DNA of 64,000 nucleotides from a virus (IMGVR_UViG_3300012156_000175); one strand, 5' to 3'; positions 9,779-20,038 are shown, counted from the first letter of the stretch. Numbers and translations are program-made. The notes: generated by a model not told the origin, from the letters alone.

Positions 9779-11095
9779 ATGAATTTATTTGATTATGTCA
9801 GTAAACCGGAGCCAGAGTCAGAGCCTTTAGCCTTTAGAATGCGGCCTACAAACATTGATGAAATTATCGGACAAAAGCATATATTAGGAAAAGATAAGCT
9901 TTTATACAGAGCGATTAAAGCGGATAAAATAAGTTCTTTAATACTTTATGGACCACCAGGTACAGGAAAGACTACAATAGCAAAAGTAATAGCTAATATG
10001 ACGGAATCTGATTTCCAAGAATTAAATGCTACTACGGCAGGAAAAAAAGATATGGAATTAGTAATTGAAAAGGCCAAGAAGTATTTAGGTATGTATGGGA
10101 AAAAGACCATTTTATTTATTGATGAAATACATAGATTTAATAAGAGTCAACAAGACTTTTTGCTATCATATCTGGAACAAGGAATTATTGTTCTGATTGG
10201 TGCAACAACAGAAAATCCTTATTTTGAGGTAAACAAGGCGGTTTTATCAAGGTCTCGAATTTTTGAGTTAAAGGAACTTTCATCTCAGGATATTAAAGAT
10301 TTAATCATAAGAGCGATAATTGATAATGAAAGAGGCTTGGGAAAATATAATGTATCTCTTACAGATGATGCCCTTTACTTTCTTGCTGCTTCGGCAGCCG
10401 GCGATGCCAGGGCGGCATTAAATGCATTAGAATTAGGTACATTAACAACAGAGCCAGATGAAAGAGGCGTTGTGTTGTTAACCCTGCCTATTGTCGAAGA
10501 ATGCATTCAAAAACAAGTGGTAAAATATGATAAGGATGGTGATTCGCACTATGACACAGTATCTGCTTTTATTAAAAGCATGAGAGGTTCTGATGCAGAT
10601 GCGGCAATCTATTATCTAGCTAAGCTATTATATGCTGGAGAGGATATTAAGTTTATTGCTAGAAGAATCATGATTTGTGCTTCGGAAGATGTTGGTAATG
10701 CAGATCCACAAGCATTAATAGTAGCAACAAATGCTGCTTTGGCAGTAGAACGAATTGGAATGCCAGAGGCACAAATAATCTTAGCTCAAGCTGTTACGTA
10801 TATTGCTACAGCTCCTAAAAGCAATGCTTCCTATATCGCAATCAAAAAAGCGATACAGTTTATAAAAGAAAATGGAGATTCAAGAATTCCTAATCATCTA
10901 AAAGATGCTCATTATTTACAAGCATCCGTTTTTGGTAGAGGAGCGGAGTATCTGTACCCACATGAATACCCAAACAACTATGTAAAACAGGAATATTTGC
11001 CTAAAGATATTGTCGGCACAATTTTCTATGAACCAAGTGAGAATGGGCAAGAACAGGCTTTGAAAAAATATTGGGATACATTAAAGAAAGACTAG
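9779..11095 (+). CDS. rarA: replication-associated recombination protein A (AAA+ ATPase RarA/MgsA)
   Basis: LILYGPPGTGKTTIA Walker A, a sensor region, and 438 aa. Confidence 0.9.
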   Translation: MNLFDYVSKPEPESEPLAFRMRPTNIDEIIGQKHILGKDKLLYRAIKADKISSLILYGPPGTGKTTIAKVIANMTESDFQELNATTAGKKDMELVIEKAKKYLGMYGKKTILFIDEIHRFNKSQQDFLLSYLEQGIIVLIGATTENPYFEVNKAVLSRSRIFELKELSSQDIKDLIIRAIIDNERGLGKYNVSLTDDALYFLAASAAGDARAALNALELGTLTTEPDERGVVLLTLPIVEECIQKQVVKYDKDGDSHYDTVSAFIKSMRGSDADAAIYYLAKLLYAGEDIKFIARRIMICASEDVGNADPQALIVATNAALAVERIGMPEAQIILAQAVTYIATAPKSNASYIAIKKAIQFIKENGDSRIPNHLKDAHYLQASVFGRGAEYLYPHEYPNNYVKQEYLPKDIVGTIFYEPSENGQEQALKKYWDTLKKD

Positions 11096-11164
11096 CTCTT
11101 TCTTTTTTGTTTTTTAACTAAATCAATCATAATAGTATTACAACTGCATGAAGGAGATAAAAGT

Positions 11165-11686
11165 ATGATTAGAATTATTAAAAATATTAAACCAGAAAAG
11201 AAAGTTATTCGAAATGGCACATTTGAAACCAATTCGAGTAGTGTACATACAATAAGCATTATAAAAAGAAGACATATTCCTAAAGAAATTCCATCGAATT
11301 CTGTTATTATTTGTAATGGAACGCTAAGTTTCTATGATGAGACTGTAGATGGTGAAGTTGGTAAACTAAACTATCTTGTCCAACTGTTTGCCTCATTGAT
11401 AGAGCAAGAAGATGAAGAAGTCGACATGTATTTTCATGATATGATTGGTGGTAAATATTTTTCATGTTTAAAGGAAATTATTAAAAAAGAAAGAAGCACT
11501 GAGGTAGTTTTTGAAAAGGAGCATGATTCATTTCCATATTATGAAACGACATCTGATGAAGAACGATCCATTAAGGAAATTATAGGACTTGAATATTTTG
11601 AAACAGAAGAAAGTTTAATGGAACGCTGTAGAGAAATTATTTTTGATAATGACATTGTTATTATAGATAAAGATAATGAATATTAA
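11165..11686 (+). CDS. hypothetical protein, FETNSSS-motif family (paralogue B)
   Basis: GTFETNSSSVHTISI near the N-terminus, with an acidic C-terminal half. Confidence 0.55.
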   Translation: MIRIIKNIKPEKKVIRNGTFETNSSSVHTISIIKRRHIPKEIPSNSVIICNGTLSFYDETVDGEVGKLNYLVQLFASLIEQEDEEVDMYFHDMIGGKYFSCLKEIIKKERSTEVVFEKEHDSFPYYETTSDEERSIKEIIGLEYFETEESLMERCREIIFDNDIVIIDKDNEY

Positions 11687-11781
11687 TTGAATTCAAAGCA
11701 TATAGAAAAGGGCCAGATGGCTCTTTTTATTATGTAAAAAAATAACATACTATATAAAACAACGAATTATGGAGGATAAAA

Positions 11782-12687
11782 ATGATTAAATTATTAGGAC
11801 GTTATAAAAACGGAAATTACACTGTCAGAATTTATGAGGATGGAACCAAAATCCGAAAAACAGAAGCAAATGAATTCATTCCGGAGTTTGCAGAAAATAT
11901 TGATATCAAGATTACAAATAAATGTACTGGCATTAATTGCCAATGGTGCCATGAAGGTAGTGGTGAATGTGGAAGACATGGGAATATAATGGGAGAACGT
12001 TTTATTGATACATTAAAACCATGGCAGGAGGTGGCTCTGGGTGGCGGAAACGTTTTGGAACACCCTTCTTTAGTTCCATTTCTTCGTAAGTTGCGACAAC
12101 GAAATGTAATCGCAAATATTACCGTCAATCAAATTCATTTTGAAAGGGATCATGATATAATTCAAACTTTGATTGATGAAGAGCTGATCTGCGGATTGGG
12201 TTTGTCATTGGTTGATCCTACACAGGAGTTTATTAACAAAGTACAACAGTATCCCAATGCAGTAATTCATGTAATTAATGGGATATTAACAAAAGAGCAA
12301 TGTGCCACTATGTGTAATCAAGACCTCAAAGTGCTTATCTTGGGATATAAAAACCTGAGACGAGGAACGGATTATTATAAAGACAAGGACAGCGTAATAT
12401 TAAAGAATCAAAACTGGTTATACGACCATTTGCCTCAAATGTTGAATGAATTTGAGTTGATTAGCTTTGACAATTTAGCAATTGAACAGTTGGATGCCGA
12501 AAGACTAATGTCTGAAGAAGAATGGGATGAATTTTATATGGGAGATGATGGGAATCATACTTTTTACATAGATATGGTAAATAGGCAGTTTTCTAGAAGT
12601 TCCACAGCACCCTTTTCAAAAAGATATGAGTTGTTAGATGACGTGGCTAAGATGTTTGAGCATATCAGAAAAACAAATATCGATTAG
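11782..12687 (+). CDS. putative Fe-S / radical-SAM-like protein (CX4CX2C cluster)
   Basis: KITNKCTGINCQWCHEGSGECGRHG. The Cys spacing is not the canonical CX3CX2C, so the assignment is tentative. Confidence 0.35.
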   Translation: MIKLLGRYKNGNYTVRIYEDGTKIRKTEANEFIPEFAENIDIKITNKCTGINCQWCHEGSGECGRHGNIMGERFIDTLKPWQEVALGGGNVLEHPSLVPFLRKLRQRNVIANITVNQIHFERDHDIIQTLIDEELICGLGLSLVDPTQEFINKVQQYPNAVIHVINGILTKEQCATMCNQDLKVLILGYKNLRRGTDYYKDKDSVILKNQNWLYDHLPQMLNEFELISFDNLAIEQLDAERLMSEEEWDEFYMGDDGNHTFYIDMVNRQFSRSSTAPFSKRYELLDDVAKMFEHIRKTNID

Positions 12688-12951
12688 AAAGTAAACTATA
12701 CGATAGAAATAGATGTTGAAAAACAAATAGTTCTATTTTTATTGCAGATAAGTGAAAAACTCCAGTTATTCCTTTTTTATAATCACCATATTATTATTGT
12801 TAAAAGTCAGATGGAGCGTTAGATAAAACCCGTTTGGATTTAACTAGTGGCTGTGGTAATAAAACTGTTGTGAATGCATTCTTGATGGTTACATGTGTGC
12901 CATGATTTTCTATCCCGTGCTAAATAATGCACGGGATCCTCCTTCGAATAT

Positions 12952-13023
12952 ACCGTTGTCGCCAAGCGGTAAGGCACAGGACTTTGACTCCTGCAGTCGT
13001 TGGTTCAAATCCAACCAGCGGTG
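12952..13023 (+). tRNA. tRNA-Gln (anticodon TTG)
   Basis: Manual cloverleaf: acceptor ACCGTTG/CAGCGGT (one G-U), D-loop AAGCGGTAA, anticodon loop CTTTGAC, T-arm GTTGG-TTCAAAT-CCAAC. Followed by a terminator. Confidence 0.8.
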
Positions 13024-13027
13024 TTAA

Positions 13028-13052
13028 AAGAAGCGTCCAGCTTCTTTTTTTC
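13028..13052 (+). terminator. rho-independent terminator (AAGAAGCGTCCAGCTTCTT plus T-run)
   Basis: Hairpin plus TTTTTTT. Confidence 0.6.
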
Positions 13053-13094
13053 TGACATAATATTAGTAGAAAAAACTAATAAGGAGGATATATT

Positions 13095-13250
13095 ATGTGG
13101 GAGAGCTATGCTATAAACAAACCATTAATTATAAACGCAAAGGATTGGACACCAGAAGACTTTCATATAATCTGTGAAGCATTAGGTGTAGACGGACCTA
13201 TCAAAAATGTTGTAATAAGAGAGAATTATTCGATTGAAATAGAAAGGTAA
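13095..13250 (+). CDS. small protein (51 aa)
   Basis: Strong RBS TAAGGAGGATATATT precedes the ATG. Confidence 0.35.
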   Translation: MWESYAINKPLIINAKDWTPEDFHIICEALGVDGPIKNVVIRENYSIEIER

Positions 13251-13365
13251 AATAGTTTACAATAAAATATTTAAAAATTAAAACCAGGAAATCCTGGTTT
13301 TTGTTTTTTTAATAAGAAAAACAACATACTCTTATTGAAATAGAAAGGAAGGAGTGTTTTAAACT

Positions 13366-13812
13366 TTGAAAAAAATATTTTTAACAGTTATTACCCTGAC
13401 TCTGTCTTTGCTTTTATTTGCTTGTTCTTATAAATCTCAAGTATCATCAACTTCATATAAACTAGAGACTGGTGAAATAATGACAGTAGAAGTAGATGTT
13501 ACACTTGAACAGGTAGAAGAAATACCTTTCCAAATTAAAAAGGATGGAAGAGTCATATTTGTTGGAAACTTTATAACAAAAAATTGGTGTATCAACTATA
13601 TCAAACTATCCGAACAAGATAGAAATAAAATAAATGAAGGCATAATCGGAACAAATAAATATCATCTATTTCAAGATAGTATTACTAAAAATTATGAATA
13701 TTTAATTCTTGTTAATGAATCAGATATCGCAGTATCTCTTATTTCAAACCAAGAATTAAATGAATTGGAAAAAAATTTCCAATTAGTAAAAATATTTCAA
13801 GTGATAAAATAA
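13366..13812 (+). CDS. putative lipoprotein
   Basis: RBS AAGGAAGGAG with a TTG start. Signal peptide with lipobox LLFAC. Confidence 0.5.
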   Translation: MKKIFLTVITLTLSLLLFACSYKSQVSSTSYKLETGEIMTVEVDVTLEQVEEIPFQIKKDGRVIFVGNFITKNWCINYIKLSEQDRNKINEGIIGTNKYHLFQDSITKNYEYLILVNESDIAVSLISNQELNELEKNFQLVKIFQVIK

Positions 13813-13864
13813 AATATAATCCTTTTTTAAGGATTATAACCGCTAAATAGCAGGAGGTAAATTT

Positions 13865-15427
13865 ATGAATAAAAAATATTTTGGCAGCTTTGCTCTGCAA
13901 AATACAATTCAACAAGTAAAAGAGAAATTCCCAGAGTGTAAAGTAATATATGAAGAGGATCCTCAAAAATCAGTTTCATTCAAGTTAAATACCGAGACAA
14001 GAAAAAAATACAAACTATCAGAAGGGTACAGAACATACCTATTTTTAAATGGACACCTGATATTATCCAATGGACCCATCGACCCATTTAAGTACGATGT
14101 TCTTGACACTCTGATTGAAAATACAGAATTACAGTATGATGTTGATAAACAAAAAGAATCGGTAGCAAAGATACGAACGGCAATTAATAATTGTATAAAA
14201 TTCTTTAATTCAGCAATAATTTCATTTGGTAATAAAGATAATAGTGAATATGACATTAAATTTGTGTTGAATGATGTGGAAAGAGCTTATCACTTTGATA
14301 TGGATTCAGACGAAGTCCATTTACAAAAAATAAATCCAGAGACAGTATTACAAGATGCTCAGGAATACGAATTAAAAAAACTTAGTCCTAAAATCATATA
14401 TAAGATATTAAAAACAACACATCCAGGATTAAAAACAAGTGCTACAGAGTATATAAGTGGATTAAGAGATGATAAGGCTGCTTGGAAATCAGTAGAATAT
14501 GCTTATATAAAACCTTGGAAGAAAGAAACGTATGAATCTTTTGGGATTAGTCCACTTGATGTGCTAGCTGATGTTACAGAATGTCGTTTGGTTGGAGAAT
14601 TCGCTGATAATCCAATGAGAAGATTAGTTTTATATGATGGTTCGCAATATGCATACAGAGAAATTCCATTGGAAGCAATTCCTTATTCTGAATATCAGGT
14701 CAAACGTAATGCTATTTTACAACAGTATAAAACAGATATCATGAAGGTATCAAAAGCTACTAATGTAATCCCACCAAAGGCTATAGAAGCCATGAATATG
14801 TATGCTGGCAAGAATCCTGGGCCTATGATATTAAAACCAGCAGAAGAAGCTATTTGTGAAATCAGAATGGAAAGACTAGAAAATCCAATTGCCGGTATTG
14901 TTAGCAAAATCAATCGCGCAATGAAGTTACATAACCATGAAGTTGGCTTCACAGCTTTGCTAAGAAAATCCAGACCATTTGACGAAGTAAAACGGATAGA
15001 TATTAATGAAAATGGAAGTGTTACCAAAATAGATATTGATATGCTGGGCTTACAAGTTTCAAAACCATATGTGGTAACCGTTTCACGAAAAATCATTATT
15101 CTAGATGATTTAAACAAGCTCAGATTAACTCAATTATTTATCGCTGAGTTGGAAAAAGAAATTAAGAAAATGGAAGATACGCCGGAATACAAAATGTTCT
15201 TATTCATTAGAAGAATGAAACAGATCGGAATAGAAGAAGGAAAAATCATAGTTGATGACAATATGAATGTTTTCAAGACATTTAACTTAATGGGAGGCAA
15301 GGTGGTCATATACATCAATCCATATGATGAAGACATCCGGGCCGGCAATGTAAAATTAATAGAGTCTGGTAGTGAAGACGACAATCTATATAAACAGCTG
15401 ATTGAAGCCTATAGTGAATTGTTTTAA
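13865..15427 (+). CDS. hypothetical protein (520 aa)
   Basis: AGGAGG RBS. No recognisable motif. Confidence 0.6.
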   Translation: MNKKYFGSFALQNTIQQVKEKFPECKVIYEEDPQKSVSFKLNTETRKKYKLSEGYRTYLFLNGHLILSNGPIDPFKYDVLDTLIENTELQYDVDKQKESVAKIRTAINNCIKFFNSAIISFGNKDNSEYDIKFVLNDVERAYHFDMDSDEVHLQKINPETVLQDAQEYELKKLSPKIIYKILKTTHPGLKTSATEYISGLRDDKAAWKSVEYAYIKPWKKETYESFGISPLDVLADVTECRLVGEFADNPMRRLVLYDGSQYAYREIPLEAIPYSEYQVKRNAILQQYKTDIMKVSKATNVIPPKAIEAMNMYAGKNPGPMILKPAEEAICEIRMERLENPIAGIVSKINRAMKLHNHEVGFTALLRKSRPFDEVKRIDINENGSVTKIDIDMLGLQVSKPYVVTVSRKIIILDDLNKLRLTQLFIAELEKEIKKMEDTPEYKMFLFIRRMKQIGIEEGKIIVDDNMNVFKTFNLMGGKVVIYINPYDEDIRAGNVKLIESGSEDDNLYKQLIEAYSELF

Positions 15428-15436
15428 TAATAGAAA

Positions 15437-15460
15437 AGAGCCAGTTAGGGCTCTTTTTGT
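15437..15460 (+). terminator. bidirectional rho-independent terminator (AGAGCCAGTTAGGGCTCT)
   Basis: Hairpin between convergent genes. Confidence 0.55.
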
Positions 15461-16293
15461 TACTTAATTGATAAGTGAGTTTTGATAGGCTTACAAGTAA
15501 CCCAATCCCAAGGTAAGACATGAAAATCTTTTTTCGCTTTGACATAGTTATTAATAGAGTCCAGTACTACAATATGAGAAATGTTTAGTCGATCAATAAC
15601 ATTAATAGATGGATAATCTGTAAGGTAATAGCCTATATGCATTTTCTCAGACATGCTTAAATCTTCAAGCAGAGATAAGACTCTGGGACAATCCATTATG
15701 TATTTTAAGATATCAGTAAACACGAAAAAAACACAGTCAGTGTCATCATCCTGTATTGATAGTAAAGTATTTACTAAGTTAGAAAATAGAATAACACGAT
15801 CATTGCACTCACTGTAGAAGATATGATTATCCTTTATTGATTCCACAGTAACATCAATTTTACGGGTAAAGTTTGTTAATACATCACGAAATTGCGTTCT
15901 ATCCTGGACAAGCTTTAAAAGTTCGAATAAGGGCACTGCCTCTGGCTTCAAATCTATCTCTGAACAAATGATTCTGAATATTTCATATTCATCCTTGGTA
16001 AGCGTCTTATTGTAGTTTAGCTCAATCAGGCAAATTATAAAATCTGTTAAAAAATCCAATGATATGTTAAAACCTTTAACATCTATATTAGAAAATGGAT
16101 TTAGATCAGAGCTTCGACTAATATTTCCAATGATGTTATCACAAATTTCATCATAGGTAATAACACAACAAGGGTGGCCAGTTTGTTCGAGTTCAACTAT
16201 ATGAATATTGACATCTTCTTTTATATTCTCTTTTGATCCGGACAAATAAAGAACATTGTGAAGGTCTTTGATTTTTTCTTTACAATGATACAT
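15460..16293 (-). CDS. hypothetical protein (277 aa)
   Basis: Long ORF convergent with the 13865 gene. Confidence 0.55.
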   Translation of the reverse strand: MYHCKEKIKDLHNVLYLSGSKENIKEDVNIHIVELEQTGHPCCVITYDEICDNIIGNISRSSDLNPFSNIDVKGFNISLDFLTDFIICLIELNYNKTLTKDEYEIFRIICSEIDLKPEAVPLFELLKLVQDRTQFRDVLTNFTRKIDVTVESIKDNHIFYSECNDRVILFSNLVNTLLSIQDDDTDCVFFVFTDILKYIMDCPRVLSLLEDLSMSEKMHIGYYLTDYPSINVIDRLNISHIVVLDSINNYVKAKKDFHVLPWDWVTCKPIKTHLSIK

Positions 16294-16468
16294 AGTAACT
16301 CCTTATAGTTTATTTAATGATATTATGAAAGTTTCTTTTTGTATATCTTATTAAAAGTAAAAATATTGGAAGAAATATTGTTTTTTTGGAATGTTTTTGA
16401 ATAAAAGAGAATATTGGTGAATATAATTTAATTGTACTTAGATAAAATATGCAAAGGAGTGAATTAAC

Positions 16469-16723
16469 ATGCCAAGAGGTGTAAAAAGAGAAAAATCGGT
16501 ACGATTAAATGAGGAATTAGAAAAGATAAATTCCTTATTAGAAAAAAGCCTGGAAAACGTAAGGGAACTGCAGGAAAAGAAAAAAGAGCTAGAAAGAGAA
16601 CTTGAATTTTGTGAAAAGGAATCATTACTTGAAATTGTGGAACAGAGTGGATTGTCTATTGACGAGTTAAAAGATGCTATTGCCTCATATTCCGGACAAG
16701 CTAATAAAAATGATGATAATTAA
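16469..16723 (+). CDS. small coiled-coil protein
   Basis: RBS AAAGGAGTGAATTAAC precedes the ATG. Heptad-rich EK sequence. Confidence 0.5.
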   Translation: MPRGVKREKSVRLNEELEKINSLLEKSLENVRELQEKKKELERELEFCEKESLLEIVEQSGLSIDELKDAIASYSGQANKNDDN

Positions 16724-16758
16724 AAGAGAGAAAGAAGTGGAAAACCACTTCTTTTTAT

Positions 16759-17082
16759 TTACCGGCAAATAACACTTCCACCAGCATCAATGCTTCCCAT
16801 AACTTTCCCGCAAGTGCAAGAACCATTACAGTTAATAGAACCAGACACATCGCCAGAGACGGCTACAGAGCCATTACAATCAATATTGCCTAAGACATTC
16901 CCGGATACTTTTACGGACCCATTACAATCTAATCGCTCAACATCTCCATTGATAGTAATTTCGATTTTAGTTACTTCATAAGATTCTACGTTTTTCCCAT
17001 CAACAATTATTGAGTCTCTTGTGATTTGAATATTTCGTCCTTCAGGGATATTGATTGTTTTGCCATTAATATTTATCTCCAT
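16759..17082 (-). CDS. bactofilin-like beta-helix repeat protein, Cys-containing 16-residue repeats
   Basis: Repeats DCNGSVKVSGNVLGNI, DCNGSVAVSGDVSGSI and NCNGSCTCGKVMGSI. AGGAG RBS on the minus strand. Confidence 0.4.
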   Translation of the reverse strand: MEININGKTINIPEGRNIQITRDSIIVDGKNVESYEVTKIEITINGDVERLDCNGSVKVSGNVLGNIDCNGSVAVSGDVSGSINCNGSCTCGKVMGSIDAGGSVICR

Positions 17083-17169
17083 CCATATTGCTCCTTTCCA
17101 TTTTGCTACACTAATTATGGAAGATATTTAATGACCATAATAGTCATATCAAAAGCAAAGGCAAGAGTT

Positions 17170-18207
17170 ATGAAAAAATTACTTATTGTAGATGGATCAT
17201 CTATGTTAGTCACATGTTACTATGCCAATTTACCAAGAGATGTGATGCAAGCCCAGAGCGATGAGGAAAAAGAAAAAGCATATAAAAGGATATTACAAAC
17301 AAGGAGTGGAATATACACAAATGCTGTGTTTGGTATGCTTAGGATTATCAAAAGCATCTTAAGATTTCAAAAGCCAGATTATATGTGTTTCTGTTTTGAC
17401 CTTAGTAGAAATACTTTTCGAAGAGAGATATATAAAGAATATAAAGCTCAGAGGAATGAAACACCATCACCATTGTCTTTGCAATTTAAGCTTATGGAAG
17501 ATGTCCTGGAAATGTTGGGATTTACTGTGCTATACGATAAACAATATGAGGCTGACGATTTGGCTGGAAGTGTAGCACGGAAATTCGAAAAGGATGTAAA
17601 TACATATTTAATAACCAAAGACCATGACTATCTTCAACTGGTCAATGAGTATACACGGGTTTGGATGGTTCAAACATCAGATGAAAAAGCTGAGGAACTA
17701 TATCGTACATTTTAATATCCTTACGGACGAACAAGAGAGTCATTGAATTTGCCCAAAAAGGTTTTTGAGTATACCGAAGATTATGTAAAGGTATTAGAAG
17801 GTGTATACCCGAAACAGATACCTGATCTTAAGGGAATAGTAGGTTATACATCTGATAACATCCCAGGAGTCAAAGGTGTTTCATCAGCAGCCGCACCATT
17901 ATTAAGTGAATATCAAACAGTGGAAGGTCTATATGAAGAAATAGAATCTTATAACAAAGAAAACTTAAAGGATTTGCAGAAATTCTGGAAAGAGTCATTA
18001 GGAATAAATCGTTCACCATTAAAGGCACTAATTAAGGAGTCAGACACAGAGTTAGTTGGCAAAAAGGCGGCACTTATGTCTAAGGAACTTGCAACAATCA
18101 AAGCAGATATTCCAATTAAGCTGACTTTAGAAGATATTCGAGTAATAGATAATGAAGAAACATGGAAAAATGTATGTATGCAGTTGGAAATAAAATCAAT
18201 TGTGTAA
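17170..18207 (+). pseudogene. 5-prime-3-prime exonuclease (FEN/PIN plus H3TH domains) interrupted by a single in-frame TAA at 17713-17715
   Basis: The N-terminal half carries MKKLLIVDGSSM…ITKDHDYLQL (PIN-like). The C-terminal half, in the same frame, carries SDNIPGVKGVSSAAAPLL (H3TH). The two are separated only by a TAA. Confidence 0.6.
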
Positions 18208-18507
18208 GCCATATAAATACGGATTTTTGACACTTTTATGAGTCGTTTTTCGAGTGAGAATATCTTCTTGGAAATTCAATTCTCATTTTCCTAATTTTAC
18301 AGAAAGCTAAAAATTCAGGTAGTTCACAATAAAGTGCAGTTTTCATACATTTGTATTTAATTGATGACAATGGGAACCTGATGTTGTACAATTGTAAAAA
18401 AATGAGAAAGATATATAGCTGAATCAGAAACAAAGATCTATGTAAAGCTATATACGGCATGGGAACTCAAAAAGAAATGCTGTGAAGCATATCCAGAGCT
18501 ACTAGAA

Positions 18508-18816
18508 TTGAAACACACCTATTTCCACAAAATTATGAAACAATTATGTAAGGAAGATATTACGGTTGATAGAGTATGGAGAGGAACGTATAGAAAGAGT
18601 AATGTTTTTTGTTTGGAGTTTTATCTTAAGGAATTAAAAATCATTTTCGAAAAGTATGAACAAGAGATAAATAGGGTGGATTATGACAAATTGAAGGTAT
18701 ATAATTTTGAATCTCTAAAAGAAATCAAACGTTTAAATAGTTATATTCTAAAATGTATTGAATATGAAGATGAGAAGAGAAAATTTTTTTTAGATGAAAT
18801 TGCAAAGGAACAATAA
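18508..18816 (+). CDS. hypothetical protein
   Basis: 102-aa ORF. Confidence 0.4.
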   Translation: MKHTYFHKIMKQLCKEDITVDRVWRGTYRKSNVFCLEFYLKELKIIFEKYEQEINRVDYDKLKVYNFESLKEIKRLNSYILKCIEYEDEKRKFFLDEIAKEQ

Positions 18817-18874
18817 TATGATTTTTAGTGCTAAAATGACATACTAAAGGTAAAAAGACAGAAGGGAGAAAGTT

Positions 18875-19702
18875 ATGACAGTTCAAAAATTTTTAAGGCA
18901 AGTCCCATTTGAAAAAATGTTTAAGGCTTCATTATTAAATTATCCTATTGATGAAATAGCAATTGCTAAATATAAAAATAAATTTGGTAAAAACTTTTCT
19001 GATAGATATGTTATAGAAAAAATAACAGGGTTAAGAAGGGAAAAATACAAAAAATGCTGGGAGGAAATGCTATCTTTAGATGTTGTCGAAGATAAAGAAA
19101 CTTTTGCTGTGTGCGGAACATATAAGGACTTAGATAGTGATGGTGAAATCGAAGAAGTTTATGATATGTTTGTTGTTCATAAATCAGATTTTGAAAATTA
19201 TGATAGGAATAGCTTTTTGGAAGCATCAACATATGAAGAAATGACTGAGAGGTATGAAAACAGTAAAAAACATAATAATTTGAGTTATTCACCATTCGGA
19301 ATTAATTGGGATGTAGTACTGGGCTATTCTATGATCCAAGCTTCTTTTCAATATATTTCTAAAGAAAACGCTGCAGCGACTATTTTCCATGAATGCACCT
19401 GGTTTGGCTTTGACTTTAAAGAAAGTTGTGAAAATAACAAAAAAGAAACCGAAGAAATAAAACGGCGTGTTGAAGAAGTTGAAAAAGAAGATAAAGACTC
19501 CTATATTAGTTGGGAAGAGGTTAGAGAAGAACTAAAACAATCTATTTATAAAAACATGTCTCCAGAAGAAATTAAAGAACATGAGAAAAAAGAAGCTGAA
19601 TATGAAAAAAAGTGTGATGAGTTAATGCCAAAAATACTTTTAGATAATTATAATGCTTCTCAAAAAATATTCAAGGATATTTACAAAGAAGTGTTTGAAT
19701 AA
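18875..19702 (+). CDS. hypothetical protein with an acidic C-terminus
   Basis: GGGAGAAAGTT precedes the ATG. Followed by a terminator at 19708-19731. Confidence 0.55.
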   Translation: MTVQKFLRQVPFEKMFKASLLNYPIDEIAIAKYKNKFGKNFSDRYVIEKITGLRREKYKKCWEEMLSLDVVEDKETFAVCGTYKDLDSDGEIEEVYDMFVVHKSDFENYDRNSFLEASTYEEMTERYENSKKHNNLSYSPFGINWDVVLGYSMIQASFQYISKENAAATIFHECTWFGFDFKESCENNKKETEEIKRRVEEVEKEDKDSYISWEEVREELKQSIYKNMSPEEIKEHEKKEAEYEKKCDELMPKILLDNYNASQKIFKDIYKEVFE

Positions 19703-19707
19703 AATAA

Positions 19708-19731
19708 ACAGAGCTAAATGCTCTGTTTTTA
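19708..19731 (+). terminator. rho-independent terminator (ACAGAGCTAAATGCTCTGT plus T-run)
   Basis: Hairpin plus TTTTT. Confidence 0.55.
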
Positions 19732-20038
19732 ATGGTGGTTGTTCAAAAGACGCTAGAGATTATGTGCAATTATTTTTGTTAAATGAAAATTAATATTTAT
19801 AATTATTTAACATAATACAAGCGTATAAAATAAAAAAGGAGATAAATATAATGGGATCAGACTCATAGTCAAGAGATATCCTTGGGTAGACATTGACTGG
19901 ATGCCATCTAACAAGGCTTTTGCCCAGATGACAAAATCGTTGCTACTGTACGGTGTCATAAGAATGATGAATACGGTGAATGGACGGGAAGAACTGAAAC
20001 TTTAAAGAAATTAAAGTTTTTTAGAATAAGGAGTTTTC

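Noticed and set aside
19851-20030. Possible gene at 19851 (strong RBS AAAAGGAGATAAATATA, then ATG)
   Set aside because: The ATG frame stops after 5 codons. The longer downstream frame (…IVATVRCHKNDEYGEWTGRTETLKKL) has no start. Probably a disrupted gene remnant. Not listed as a feature.
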